Origin: Nitrosopumilus sp.
GTDB lineage: Archaea; Thermoproteota; Nitrososphaeria; Nitrososphaerales; Nitrosopumilaceae
DNA: 64,000 nucleotides
Assembly (NCBI GenBank): GCA_965197525.1
Contig: OZ240211.1
Coordinates: forward strand, 1,632,001 to 1,696,000
Reading direction: 5' to 3'
Shown: piece after piece, positions 1 to 9,590 of the stretch
How the letters are laid out: every line of letters begins with the position of its first letter
Position numbering within the stretch: position 1 is the first letter of the stretch
Notes under the pieces: generated by a model
Told to the model about the DNA's origin: nothing
Databases searched by the model: none
Seen by the model: the letters and a program-made list of their open reading frames with translations, nothing else
Translations under genes and position numbers: made by a program

Positions 1-126
1 GATGCAAAGGATATTTTCAACAAATATAACAAAATATGTAACGGCATCTTGGACTGTTATTTGTACCAGTGGGATGCCATGCCATTACTGTCTGTCTTGT
101 CGCGGAAGTAATCAACCATTTTTTTT

Positions 127-270
127 ATGATGAAAATGAATGCAGAATTATGTAGATTTTGTGGATGTCAAGTTCGAGAGTTTGACAAATGTTCAAAATG
201 TGGGTTGGTGATCCTCACTGTGTGTAAATGCTGTAGCCAGATTCGAAGCGTACAGACACATCTTCACTGA
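127..270 (+). CDS. small Cys-rich zinc-binding protein (47 aa)
   Basis: Manual translation MMKMNAELCRFCGCQVREFDKCSKCGLVILTVCKCCSQIRSVQTHLH*; three CxxC pairs; below ORF-track cutoff. Confidence 0.5.
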   Translation: MMKMNAELCRFCGCQVREFDKCSKCGLVILTVCKCCSQIRSVQTHLH

Positions 271-496
271 ATACTGATCGTATAGTGCCTCATCATATCT
301 CCAAAATCTAACATAAGCATGATATTGTGAAGATCTTTAAATCAAAAAGATGATAATGTAATTCATCATACAGGAGAAACTCTAGGCATAGTTACGTATG
401 TTTTAACCTTTGATCTAATTTTTCAGCTAATCTTATTCTATATTACATTTGTATGATAGACTGAAGATTTTTAACGATCTGTTCTTAGATTTAACC

Positions 497-706
497 ATGG
501 CCGGAATTTTCGATTCTATACCTGCTATTACTCTAATTATGTTTGTAGTTGGCATAGTTGGCATATTTGCTTATGAAAAATTACGATCTCAAGATTCTGA
601 AAAACCACAGGATTCTGAAAAACCACAACACTCTGATTCTAAAACACATTACCCCAAGAATTTGAAAAAACATCGCTCTAAAAAATCCAAAAAATCAAAT
701 TCCTGA
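497..706 (+). CDS. small single-pass membrane protein with basic tail
   Basis: ORF track 449..706, likely start ATG 497; N-terminal hydrophobic helix then Ser/Lys-rich tail. Confidence 0.55.
   Translation: MAGIFDSIPAITLIMFVVGIVGIFAYEKLRSQDSEKPQDSEKPQHSDSKTHYPKNLKKHRSKKSKKSNS
593..628 (+). repeat. 18-bp in-frame tandem duplication (DSEKPQ x2)
   Basis: GATTCTGAAAAACCACA(G/A) twice. Confidence 0.8.
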
Positions 707-903
707 GTCTTTCCAAGTCAAATCTAATTACTAAAATATCTGTATTTAGACATCAAAAAACCATCATTTTGAAACAATTCTACTAAGACTTGACACTATT
801 TCAAAATATTGTTGCTGTTCTAATCCACCTGCAATCATATCTAATTACTATCTGTCATATGTTTTTGTAGATGTGAATTAACAAAAAATATGAACAATTA
901 TGT

Positions 904-2619
904 TTAGTTTTTACTTAGCAAATAATTTCCAATCGCAAGATGTTTTAACCCTGATTTTTTTAGAGTATAAATCGCATTTGCCGGAGTGCACACAATTGGA
1001 TATCCGTGTAAGTTAAATGAAGTATTAAGCAATGCTGGAATTCCTGTATGTTTTTCAAAACTTTTAATTAAATTATAGTATGCTGGATTGTATTCTTTTT
1101 CAAGAAGTTGAGGCCTTGCCGTAAAATCGTAAGAATGGATTGCAGCTGCTAGCTCTGTCTGAGCTCTCTTTTTTGTATGAAAACCCATTACCATATATGG
1201 CGCTTTGATTCCCTTTGGATTCTCAATATACTTGTGCTGTTCCTCTGCAATAATTGATGGTGCAAATGGCATCCAAAAATCTCGTTGTTTGATTGCTAAA
1301 TTAATATCTCTAATCTTGTCAAAACTACTTGGATCTGCTAGAATACTTCTATTTCCCAACGAGCGTGCTCCCCATTCCATTCTGTCTTTAAATCTTGCAA
1401 CGATCTCTCCTTCTGCTAATAGTTCTGCTATGTGATCTTGATTATCCTCATTGTATTGAATTGAAAATTCTTTCTCTGGTCCTACATATTTTTTGATCTC
1501 CTCTTCAATCTCCGAATCTGAAAATTCCATGCCCAGATAAATTTGACCTAACGGTTCCAAACATATCTTTTCACCTGTCTCCTCAAGAATGCTAGAGTAT
1601 GCATACATTGCTGCACCTATCGCAAGCGATTCATCTCCTCCGCTTGGAAAAATAAAAATCTCATCAACAAGATCCAATTCTGAAATCTGCATGTTTGCCT
1701 TGACATTCATAAACACGCCTCCTGCGCAAACAATTCTTTTACAACCTGTTTTTCTTACAGCATTAACTACCCATTTTTTTAAAAGCTCTTCAGTTAACTG
1801 TTGAATTCCACCTGCAATCCAATCAAATCGATGATTTTCTAATCTTGTTTTTAAAAAATTATAACTATAATTCATGGATAATTTTGATTTCATGCTAAAC
1901 TCTAAACTTGATTCTTTTACTTCCAGCATTTCATCCAAAACTTTTTTTGATTTTGCAACCCCTGTCTCATCAGCATATGGGGCTAACCCCATAATCTTGT
2001 ATTCGTGTTCCCAAGGCCTCATTCCTAAAAGTAGTGTAACTCTAGAATAGATCTTACCTAACGATGCACTATTCTTAGTCTGTGATATTTTTGTAATTCT
2101 TCCACTCTTGCCAATATTTACAGTAGCGCATATTCCATCACCTGAACCATCACAAGTGAGAATCAAAACTTCGTCTTCATTTATCCATGATGATGCTAGA
2201 TATGCTGATGCAGCATGTGCTAGGTGATGTTCTACAACCAATATTTTCTTTTCATCAATTTTGAGATGGTTAATGATGGCCTTCTTTCTATCATTTAATC
2301 TACTTTCAAAATCAATTTTGCTATCTTTATTTTGTTCTTCTTTTAACTGATCCTCATAACCAACTTTATACCAATCCCAGTTTGAATAGAATTTTTTTTC
2401 ATGACTAAATTTTCCAGCTAATGCAATCAGTTGAATCTCTTCGGGGGTTACATTTGATAATTGAAGAATCTTTTCAATGGCCAGTTTTGGATATCCTGCT
2501 TCATTTTTGTTTCTTGTTATTCTTTCTTCTGAAATTGCATATTCTATTTTCCCATTTCTAAAAAGACATGCGCCTGCTGCGTGACCATCAGTAATGCCTA
2601 ATATCAGAATATCGTTCAA
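904..2619 (-). CDS. carbamoyltransferase, NodU/CmcH family
   Basis: GITDGH, EER.TR.K, HHLAHAASA, DGSGD, EYKIMGLAPY, GGVFMNVKAN, GARSLGNRSILADP, RDFWMPFAP, LLNTSFNLHG motifs. Confidence 0.92.
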   Translation of the reverse strand: MNDILILGITDGHAAGACLFRNGKIEYAISEERITRNKNEAGYPKLAIEKILQLSNVTPEEIQLIALAGKFSHEKKFYSNWDWYKVGYEDQLKEEQNKDSKIDFESRLNDRKKAIINHLKIDEKKILVVEHHLAHAASAYLASSWINEDEVLILTCDGSGDGICATVNIGKSGRITKISQTKNSASLGKIYSRVTLLLGMRPWEHEYKIMGLAPYADETGVAKSKKVLDEMLEVKESSLEFSMKSKLSMNYSYNFLKTRLENHRFDWIAGGIQQLTEELLKKWVVNAVRKTGCKRIVCAGGVFMNVKANMQISELDLVDEIFIFPSGGDESLAIGAAMYAYSSILEETGEKICLEPLGQIYLGMEFSDSEIEEEIKKYVGPEKEFSIQYNEDNQDHIAELLAEGEIVARFKDRMEWGARSLGNRSILADPSSFDKIRDINLAIKQRDFWMPFAPSIIAEEQHKYIENPKGIKAPYMVMGFHTKKRAQTELAAAIHSYDFTARPQLLEKEYNPAYYNLIKSFEKHTGIPALLNTSFNLHGYPIVCTPANAIYTLKKSGLKHLAIGNYLLSKN

Positions 2620-2697
2620 AACTTTAAATAAATCGCACTTTAAATAAATTTCTGACTATCCCATATAATCTTTAATTGATTTTAAAATTTTTCAAAG

Positions 2698-2770
2698 TAG
2701 CCCGGCCCAGACTCGAACTGGGGTCAAAGGCTCCAAAGGCCTCCATGCTTGACCGCTACACTACCGGGCT
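2698..2770 (-). tRNA. tRNA-Gln(TTG)
   Basis: Cloverleaf AGCCCGG...CCGGGCT-A, anticodon arm GAGGC-CTTTGGA-GCCTT, T-loop TTCGAGT. Confidence 0.95.
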
Positions 2771-2843
2771 GCTCAAATTTTTCTATTTTAATTTCCATTA
2801 AAATGTTATTCATCAAACTCTCTTAAAACCAATTCAAGTTTTT

Positions 2844-3848
2844 CTAATGGAAACTCTCCATCTTTTTCAATTCATCTCTTGCGCGTTTTTTAATCGTATC
2901 TCGCTTTTTATGCAACATCTCTAAAACTAATTTATCAATATCATTGATTTTATCAGCCCTTGTCACTAATTTTTTCTCAACTAGGTACTCTTCTATGATA
3001 TTTGGAACTGCATTATATGATATTGTTGGAATTCCTCTTAGAGCCGATTCAGCAGTCATCGTGCCACCAGATCCTACAAAGACATCAGTCATTGCTAAGA
3101 TTTCTCTACTATCCACAGATTTTTTTAATACAATAATACGATTATCTAAATTCTTTTTTAGTTGGTCTATTTCTTTGGAATATCTTCCCAGCACCATTAC
3201 GTTGACATCTTTAATCTCTGCAAGTTTATTGATTATTTTTGCAATGTTGACATCCTTTTTTGTATACGATGCGTATGATTCGTATGTTCTAAACAAAATA
3301 TTTCTTTTACCTTTTCTGTTAATTTTTGGAACTGTTTTTTTGTTTCTTCTTTGCCTTTGTTTTATTATAAAACCTGCATCTATTGCTTTGTAACTAATAA
3401 CATTTTTTGCAGCAATTCCATACTTTGTAAACTCTTTTTTTGGAATTACCCATGGGGCCAATAATTTCTGAATTAGAGGAATGGTTAGGTTCATCACAGC
3501 CTCGCCATGAGGTGTATCGGAAAAAGCTACATGTTTAATCTGCAACCCATATGAAATTCTTGCAGCATCTGGTGAACAAGAACTAATTGTTATATCGGGC
3601 TTAAAATTCTCAATAATTGGCATCAATTTTTTCATCCTGTTAATATTTGCCTTTAGTTTTTCTGATTTTTCTATCCCTCCATGTTTTCCTATAACTAACA
3701 CATTTGATCGGCCCATTTTTATTAAATGATTTACCTCTCGATAGTTTCTTGTTGTACACAGAACCTGATGTTTTTTTCTTAATCTTTCTGCCATTGGCTC
3801 AAAAAACAATAGTTGTTTTGGCGTAAGAATATCTATCCATATTTTCAA
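2844..3848 (-). CDS. DUF354 family protein (GT-B glycosyltransferase-like)
   Basis: MKIWIDILTPKQ start, SGGTMTAESALRGIPTIS C-terminal motif. Confidence 0.75.
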   Translation of the reverse strand: MKIWIDILTPKQLLFFEPMAERLRKKHQVLCTTRNYREVNHLIKMGRSNVLVIGKHGGIEKSEKLKANINRMKKLMPIIENFKPDITISSCSPDAARISYGLQIKHVAFSDTPHGEAVMNLTIPLIQKLLAPWVIPKKEFTKYGIAAKNVISYKAIDAGFIIKQRQRRNKKTVPKINRKGKRNILFRTYESYASYTKKDVNIAKIINKLAEIKDVNVMVLGRYSKEIDQLKKNLDNRIIVLKKSVDSREILAMTDVFVGSGGTMTAESALRGIPTISYNAVPNIIEEYLVEKKLVTRADKINDIDKLVLEMLHKKRDTIKKRARDELKKMESFH

Positions 3849-4196
3849 GTATTTTTTTTTGGCGTATCATATATAATAAATTTTATTATCTTACTATGTA
3901 TTTATTTTGTACAAGGTGATTCTTCTCCTAAATTACAAGATCAAATTTCTTGAAGAAGAAGAAGAAGAAAAGATCGATCTGATGTTGAATAGAACCAAAG
4001 ATGTGTGTGGGAAATTAAATGTCACCGGATCAGTTTGATGATAAAAACAGACGTTCATAATCTTGAATAAATACTCTGAGGATTCATGTTTAGCCCTTGC
4101 TGAAATGCAGTTGTCTCGTTAATCTTTCATCTGTCATATGGTTTACCGAGCTTACGTAACCGTAGGAGTGTATAGAAAATGAAAAGGTTGGGTTTT

Positions 4197-4766
4197 TTAG
4201 ATCACTTGCCAGGGTCGTGTTGCAAACGTAATAACATATCCAACACCGATAATTATTGATTGATATGCGATGTTAACATATGGAATAGGTTTGATAATTG
4301 GATCTCCTTCAACAACTACTGTTTGACCTGGACCGAGTCCTGGACCAACTTGTGCAACATTGAGCTGTGTGTGTACATGATATACACCGGCTTCAAGTGC
4401 TTTAGCTGATAGTGAATATGAGACTATACCGTTTCCTTCGATGTCAAAGACATTACCTGGTGGATCTCTTGCTAACATCTCCCATCTATTGCCTGCATTG
4501 GTTGACTCTGTGAAAATAGATAGCCATCCTCTCAGATCTCTTTCTACTAGACTGATTAGTGTTCCCTGAACTGTCAAGGTTTCACCTGTCTGTAGAGAGC
4601 CTCTGTTGAAGGTTTCATCTTCAATTCTGATGAAACGACTCTGGAGTTGTGCTTGGACACCGTGTGCATCTGCTGCCGGAAGCACGAATTCAACCCAGTT
4701 GAAACCTAACGTTCCTAGCGCAAGTACTACAGCAAGTCCAAATACGAAAATTCTTTTTTCGACCAT
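4197..4766 (-). CDS. amoB: ammonia monooxygenase subunit B (archaeal)
   Basis: Signal peptide then AHGVQAQLQSRFIRIEDETF; 189 aa from ATG 4766. Confidence 0.97.
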   Translation of the reverse strand: MVEKRIFVFGLAVVLALGTLGFNWVEFVLPAADAHGVQAQLQSRFIRIEDETFNRGSLQTGETLTVQGTLISLVERDLRGWLSIFTESTNAGNRWEMLARDPPGNVFDIEGNGIVSYSLSAKALEAGVYHVHTQLNVAQVGPGLGPGQTVVVEGDPIIKPIPYVNIAYQSIIIGVGYVITFATRPWQVI

Positions 4767-4986
4767 AGTTATCCCTATTATTGAGGAAATAACAGACATC
4801 GTTATATGTTTTACCTTTAGCGTGATTATAATCTATAATTATGTTTATCATCGATGTTATACATCAAATCGTCTAAAAAAACAATTAAATTATTATACTT
4901 TAAATCTGAAATCTTATAAATATTTCAATATTTAAATTAAATAATGATAAATATAATAAAACATCTAATGTTTATCTAACTCTTAC

Positions 4987-4994
4987 TTTATATT
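4987..4994 (+). promoter_or_regulatory. TATA box of amoC (probably leaderless transcript)
   Basis: TTTATATT ending 22 bp before ATG 5017. Confidence 0.5.
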
Positions 4995-5016
4995 TAGAAT
5001 TAACAGTACTATTAAT

Positions 5017-5580
5017 ATGGCACAGATGCCCGCATTAATCCCAAAAGAAGTTGAGATTCAGAGACTTAAAAAAATCTGGCTCATCGTTATTGCAATGGGT
5101 TCTACTGCAGCATCAGTCGAAGTAGATAACTTCGTTGATGGTTCTCTACATCAAACCTCTATCAGAGACAGTGCATTTACACCAGCACACTGGTGGCTTT
5201 ATTCCCACTTTGTGGCATTACCACTTGGATGGGGAGCAGCTGCAATCTATGATAGAAAAGTTCCAGTTCTTAGAGGTCCTAATAATTCAATGAACACTGG
5301 TTTAAAGATGACTATTCTTGGTTACCTTGCAACTATGTTTACAATTGGGGTCAACGAGATGTGGCACTTTTGGTTTGTAGAAGAAATCTTTGCCGTTCCA
5401 AATCACTGGATGTTTAACATGGGTGTGGTAGTAGCATTCATGGGTGCACTTGCTTATGTGGTAAGAGTATACGCTCGCCTCGTAGAATTGGGTGCAGAAA
5501 CTCCAGGTGAGAATCCATATGTTGCAGAAATGTACAAGATGGCACTGGAAGGCAAATTATACAGTAGATCAATTCCATAG
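5017..5580 (+). CDS. amoC: ammonia monooxygenase subunit C
   Basis: MAQMPALIPKEVEIQRLKK..., DGSLHQTSIRDSAFTPAHWW, NEMWH...PNHW. Confidence 0.98.
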   Translation: MAQMPALIPKEVEIQRLKKIWLIVIAMGSTAASVEVDNFVDGSLHQTSIRDSAFTPAHWWLYSHFVALPLGWGAAAIYDRKVPVLRGPNNSMNTGLKMTILGYLATMFTIGVNEMWHFWFVEEIFAVPNHWMFNMGVVVAFMGALAYVVRVYARLVELGAETPGENPYVAEMYKMALEGKLYSRSIP

Positions 5581-5960
5581 ATAAAATGTGCGTAACGCAC
5601 TTTTTTTTTCTTTATTATTTTCAAAACAACATCCTAGTGGTATAGCTCTTTGTCTTTGACTGAAATTATTTACCAGTTATTAGTTATTCATATAAAATGA
5701 TTTTATTATTATATGAATTTTAAATCATAATATCCCAAGTTCTGTTTTTTGCTATATGTTGTTTTATCGCCTCAAACTCGCCTTGGTGTTTCTGTGTTGT
5801 TTGATTTTTGGAGATGTTGTTACAGAGTTTTAGACGTAGATGTTATTTTGCATATGGCTTGACAGTACTTTTGATTTTTCCAATCATTATCACCATGACG
5901 GTTTTTAATCGATAATATTCTAGATTAAACTAAACTGTTTTTAAGATTGTATATACCTGT

Positions 5961-6088
5961 CAATCTCAATTTTAAGAAAAACCTGATCAGCATTATAACC
6001 TTAATTTGAAAAAATCTAGATTCTACTATGATGGTTTGTGATACTAGATAGCACAATCTCAATTTTAAGAAAAACCTGATCAGCATTA
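5961..6088 (+). repeat. 35-bp perfect direct repeat x2 (5961-5995, 6054-6088)
   Basis: CAATCTCAATTTTAAGAAAAACCTGATCAGCATTA twice, 58-bp spacer. Confidence 0.9.
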
Positions 6089-6532
6089 CGATTTTAGCTT
6101 GTAAAAAAAAAGTCATAGATGCTGTCGCAGTGGTTTATGTCACTAGTTTTGATTCTTGTGTAAATTATGCTAATAGAGCCGCCAACCCAAATTTAGTCAA
6201 ATAGAGTTTTATTTGGACCATCTTACCTGTTGTACATTTCTTTTATAGGTACAAATCACAACTCATTAGCTGACTAGTATCTGGATTTCCTGCCGTGTCT
6301 CAAATTTGATTTATTCTATCTTCGGTAGTAGTCTTCCATACTGATATCTTTTTGATAGTATAATAACACGATATGGTATCTTAATCTGGCAATTATTTCT
6401 GAGACTATCTCACAGCAGTGATGCACTCTTGTACTGCCATTTTACAATTAATTTTGTTAAAATATCATATAAACAGCCTTTTGGGTCAGATTAAGAAAGA
6501 CTTAAAAGAATCTGATTTAGAATAATTCTAGA

Positions 6533-6895
6533 ATGACTCTTCCTAAAGGATTTGGTTCTGGCGGCGCTGGTGGTTCATCAAGCGCTGACGTAGAACGAAT
6601 GATTGGAAAACGCGTTGAAAACATGACTGGTATGATAACAATTTCATTCTGGGCAGCATGGTTAGCAACTTTTGGTGGTACTGCAGCAGGATATTTCTAT
6701 TATCCATGGGCATATCCAACACCTAGTGGTCACTTTGCATTCATCGTATTAACAATCATTGAGGCAATAGGTTACATCTTCTGTGTTAAAGTCATGGAAG
6801 AAGGTTCCAACAAGAATAGTAATGGTATCGTTGGCGGTAGCGTTGCTGCAGTTGCAGCCGGTACAGTACTCATATCACTATACGTTGGTAACTAG
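6533..6895 (+). CDS. amoX: ammonia monooxygenase accessory subunit X
   Basis: MTLPKGFGSGG..., YFYYPWAYPTPSGHFAF; directly upstream of amoA. Confidence 0.92.
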   Translation: MTLPKGFGSGGAGGSSSADVERMIGKRVENMTGMITISFWAAWLATFGGTAAGYFYYPWAYPTPSGHFAFIVLTIIEAIGYIFCVKVMEEGSNKNSNGIVGGSVAAVAAGTVLISLYVGN

Positions 6896-6969
6896 AAGGA
6901 AATTCCTTCAGACACTTCTTTTTAATTTTGATTTTAGTTAAAAATCAGCAATATTTGTAATTCTAAAAT

Positions 6970-6977
6970 TTTATATA
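6970..6977 (+). promoter_or_regulatory. TATA box of amoA
   Basis: TTTATATA ending 22 bp before ATG 7000. Confidence 0.5.
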
Positions 6978-6999
6978 CTGACCGGTTTATCAAATTTAC

Positions 7000-7650
7000 A
7001 TGGTCTGGTTAAGACGATGTACCCACTACTTGTTCATAGTAGTAGTTGCAGTTAACTCAACACTGTTAACGATTAACGCAGGAGACTACATCTTCTACAC
7101 TGACTGGGCTTGGACTTCGTACACGGTATTCTCAATATCGCAAACGTTGATGCTTATTGTAGGTGCTACATATTACCTTACATTTACAGGCGTTCCAGGC
7201 ACAGCGACGTACTACGCCCTAATTATGACAGTATACACATGGATAGCTAAAGGCGCATGGTTTGCACTTGGATATCCATATGACTTCATTGTAACTCCAG
7301 TTTGGTTACCATCAGCAATGCTGTTGGACCTGGTCTACTGGGCGACAAAGAAGAACAAACATTCTTTGATACTGTTCGGCGGTGTACTAGTAGGAATGTC
7401 GTTACCGTTGTTCAACATGGTAAACCTGATAACAGTCGCAGACCCACTAGAAACGGCGTTTAAATATCCAAGGCCAACGTTACCACCTTACATGACACCG
7501 ATAGAGCCGCAGGTCGGCAAATTCTATAATAGTCCGGTAGCACTTGGTGCTGGCGCTGGTGCTGTATTGGCGTGTACGTTTGCAGCGTTAGGTTGTAAGC
7601 TTAATACTTGGACATACCGATGGATGGCCGCTTGGTCAAAGTGGGATTAA
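7000..7650 (+). CDS. amoA: ammonia monooxygenase subunit A
   Basis: MVWLRRCTHYLFIVVVAVNSTLLTINAGDYIFYTDWAW...WMAAWSKWD, 216 aa. Confidence 0.99.
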   Translation: MVWLRRCTHYLFIVVVAVNSTLLTINAGDYIFYTDWAWTSYTVFSISQTLMLIVGATYYLTFTGVPGTATYYALIMTVYTWIAKGAWFALGYPYDFIVTPVWLPSAMLLDLVYWATKKNKHSLILFGGVLVGMSLPLFNMVNLITVADPLETAFKYPRPTLPPYMTPIEPQVGKFYNSPVALGAGAGAVLACTFAALGCKLNTWTYRWMAAWSKWD

Positions 7651-7762
7651 AAAAAATCCAACCTTTTTCATTTTATTATACGTCTTTAGATGATTCTATA
7701 CAGTTTTAGCAATATCTTGAATCAGTTGCATATTTTTATTGTACGCATTTTTGTATTATTGT

Positions 7763-8629
7763 ATGCAAGATCATTTTAAATCAGGTAAAACCAACTTGTC
7801 TCCAAAACCTTTTGTAAAATGGGCAGGTGGAAAACGTCAATTAATTCCAACTATAAGTAAGTGTTTGCCTGCAAAATTCAATACTTTTTTTGAACCATTC
7901 TTGGGAGGAGGTGCATTGTTTTTTTATATGTTAGATAAATATGATGATCCAAAATGCAATGTATCTGATCTAAACTCTGATCTTATCTTGTCTTATGTCA
8001 CTATTCGTGATCACATTGATAGTTTGATTGACTCTTTGCGCAACCATAAAGAACAGTACGACAAAGATTCTAAAACATACTACTACTCTACTAGAGATGA
8101 CGATCCCTCTGACCCCATTGAAAAGACTTCTAGGCTGATTTTTTTAAATAGGACATGTTTTAACGGATTGTATAGAGTGAACAGTAAAGGCAAATTCAAT
8201 GTTCCTTTAGGCTCATATGTTAACCCAAATATCGTAGGTGAGGAAAATCTTCGCTTGGTAAGTGCTAGGTTACAGTCAAGTAAGGCAGTCATCGCCTGCC
8301 GTGATTTTGATGATGTGTTGAAATATGCCACACGTAACGATTTTGTATATTTTGATCCTCCATATCAGCCAGTCAGTGACACTGCGCATTTTACCAGTTA
8401 TACAAAACAAGATTTTACATCAGATGACTTGGATAGATTGGCAGATGTTTGCAACAAATTAGACTCAAAAGGCTGTATGATTCTTTTATCAAATTCTTAC
8501 TCTAAGAAAGTCGAAGATATGTTTTCAGATATGCCTTGGAAAACATCAAAAATCACCGCAAATCGTTTTATCAATTCTAATTCTAAGAATCGAACTGGGC
8601 ATTATGAGTTATTGATCCAAAATTATTAA
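7763..8629 (+). CDS. dam: Dam-family N6-adenine DNA methyltransferase (orphan)
   Basis: KWAGGKRQL, EPFLGGGA, FNGLYRVNSKGKFNVP, DPPY; no adjacent endonuclease. Confidence 0.92.
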   Translation: MQDHFKSGKTNLSPKPFVKWAGGKRQLIPTISKCLPAKFNTFFEPFLGGGALFFYMLDKYDDPKCNVSDLNSDLILSYVTIRDHIDSLIDSLRNHKEQYDKDSKTYYYSTRDDDPSDPIEKTSRLIFLNRTCFNGLYRVNSKGKFNVPLGSYVNPNIVGEENLRLVSARLQSSKAVIACRDFDDVLKYATRNDFVYFDPPYQPVSDTAHFTSYTKQDFTSDDLDRLADVCNKLDSKGCMILLSNSYSKKVEDMFSDMPWKTSKITANRFINSNSKNRTGHYELLIQNY

Positions 8630-8632
8630 AAA

Positions 8633-8706
8633 AGCTTCGAACGGGATCTGAACCCGTGACCTTTACATTACCAATGTAACGCTCTACCAGACTGAGCTAC
8701 CGAAGC
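8633..8706 (-). tRNA. tRNA-Thr(GGT)
   Basis: GCTTCGG...TCGAAGC-T, anticodon arm TTACA-TTGGTAA-TGTAA. Confidence 0.93.
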
Positions 8707-8797
8707 ACAAATTCTCTCTATAGAAAATCCTTATAATTCTTCATTTTGAGCGAATCCGTCCTAAACTGTTAAATTTCACTCATATTTTTATCCTTTT

Positions 8798-8918
8798 GGA
8801 GGAGTAATCAAGCCTGGCCAAAGTAAGCATTTTTGCTTTTGGACATGCAGGACTTAAGATCAAATAATGGGTGATCCTGTCTCTCAGGAGTTCGTGGGTT
8901 CAAATCCCACCTCCTCCA
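8798..8918 (+). tRNA. tRNA-Leu(TAA) with two introns (8824-8844 D-arm; 8859-8873 canonical 37/38)
   Basis: GGAGGAG...CTCCTCC-A acceptor stem, CAGGA/TCCTG anticodon stem, variable arm; both inserts fold as BHB motifs. Confidence 0.9.
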
Positions 8919-8925
8919 CTAACCG

Positions 8926-9312
8926 CTATCTTGGATTTTTAATCCCTCTAGCGTTTAGTACTTCATAAACATCAGGCAGTGAGAAGACAAAACCAATATG
9001 TACACATGTTTTCTCATCACATAACTGACAGAATAATTCACCTTTCTGAATTGCAACTTCTGCAATTCTATTTTTTATATTGTCCCTTAGAATAACACGA
9101 TCATCATCTACTGAAATTTTTTCAATCATTGGGGCATATCTTGCAAACGTCTCATCTTTTTGCATCATCTCCTCTAACATGTATGTAACATATCCTGCAA
9201 AACTGTTAACACCCTTCATCGTTAGGTCGTTTTTGTTATTCTGATAGATCTCATGAAACTTGTCATAGACAGTCTCTGAAACAGTGATTGATTTGAATCC
9301 GGCTTTTGGCAT
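8926..9312 (-). CDS. conserved thaumarchaeal protein, N-terminal ribbon-helix-helix-like, C-terminal Cys/His cluster
   Basis: KSITVSETVYDKF RHH-like start; CQLCDEKTCVH. Confidence 0.65.
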   Translation of the reverse strand: MPKAGFKSITVSETVYDKFHEIYQNNKNDLTMKGVNSFAGYVTYMLEEMMQKDETFARYAPMIEKISVDDDRVILRDNIKNRIAEVAIQKGELFCQLCDEKTCVHIGFVFSLPDVYEVLNARGIKNPR

Positions 9313-9590
9313 TTTACTTTTCCTTACCGTACATTAAAGTACTCTAGTATATATTGTTTTATTCTCATCGTTTGTAAAAGGTTAGGCCCCATGCCTGCAA
9401 ACCCAATAACTCGTGTTCAACCTACCTTTTACCATCGCTTTTGTCCGACTGTCAACCAATTTTACCACCTTTGATCATATTCTTTAAAATAACTATTGCA
9501 AGTCGCAAACGGCGTTAAAAAATCTTGAAAAATGTTTTCTATATATGCCCAAAAATTAGTCTTTATAGAATACCCTTGCCAATAATTACC

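Noticed and set aside
3952-3969. (GAA)6 run in a possible ~43-aa ORF
   Set aside because: No clear start or family; treated as a neutral microsatellite.
5961-6088. 35-bp repeat pair as a mini-CRISPR array
   Set aside because: Only two units, a 58-bp spacer, no third copy at the 93-bp period and no cas genes in the window.
5925-6116. 63-aa minus-strand ORF with internal repeat
   Set aside because: It is a by-product of the direct repeat; no promoter or family signal.
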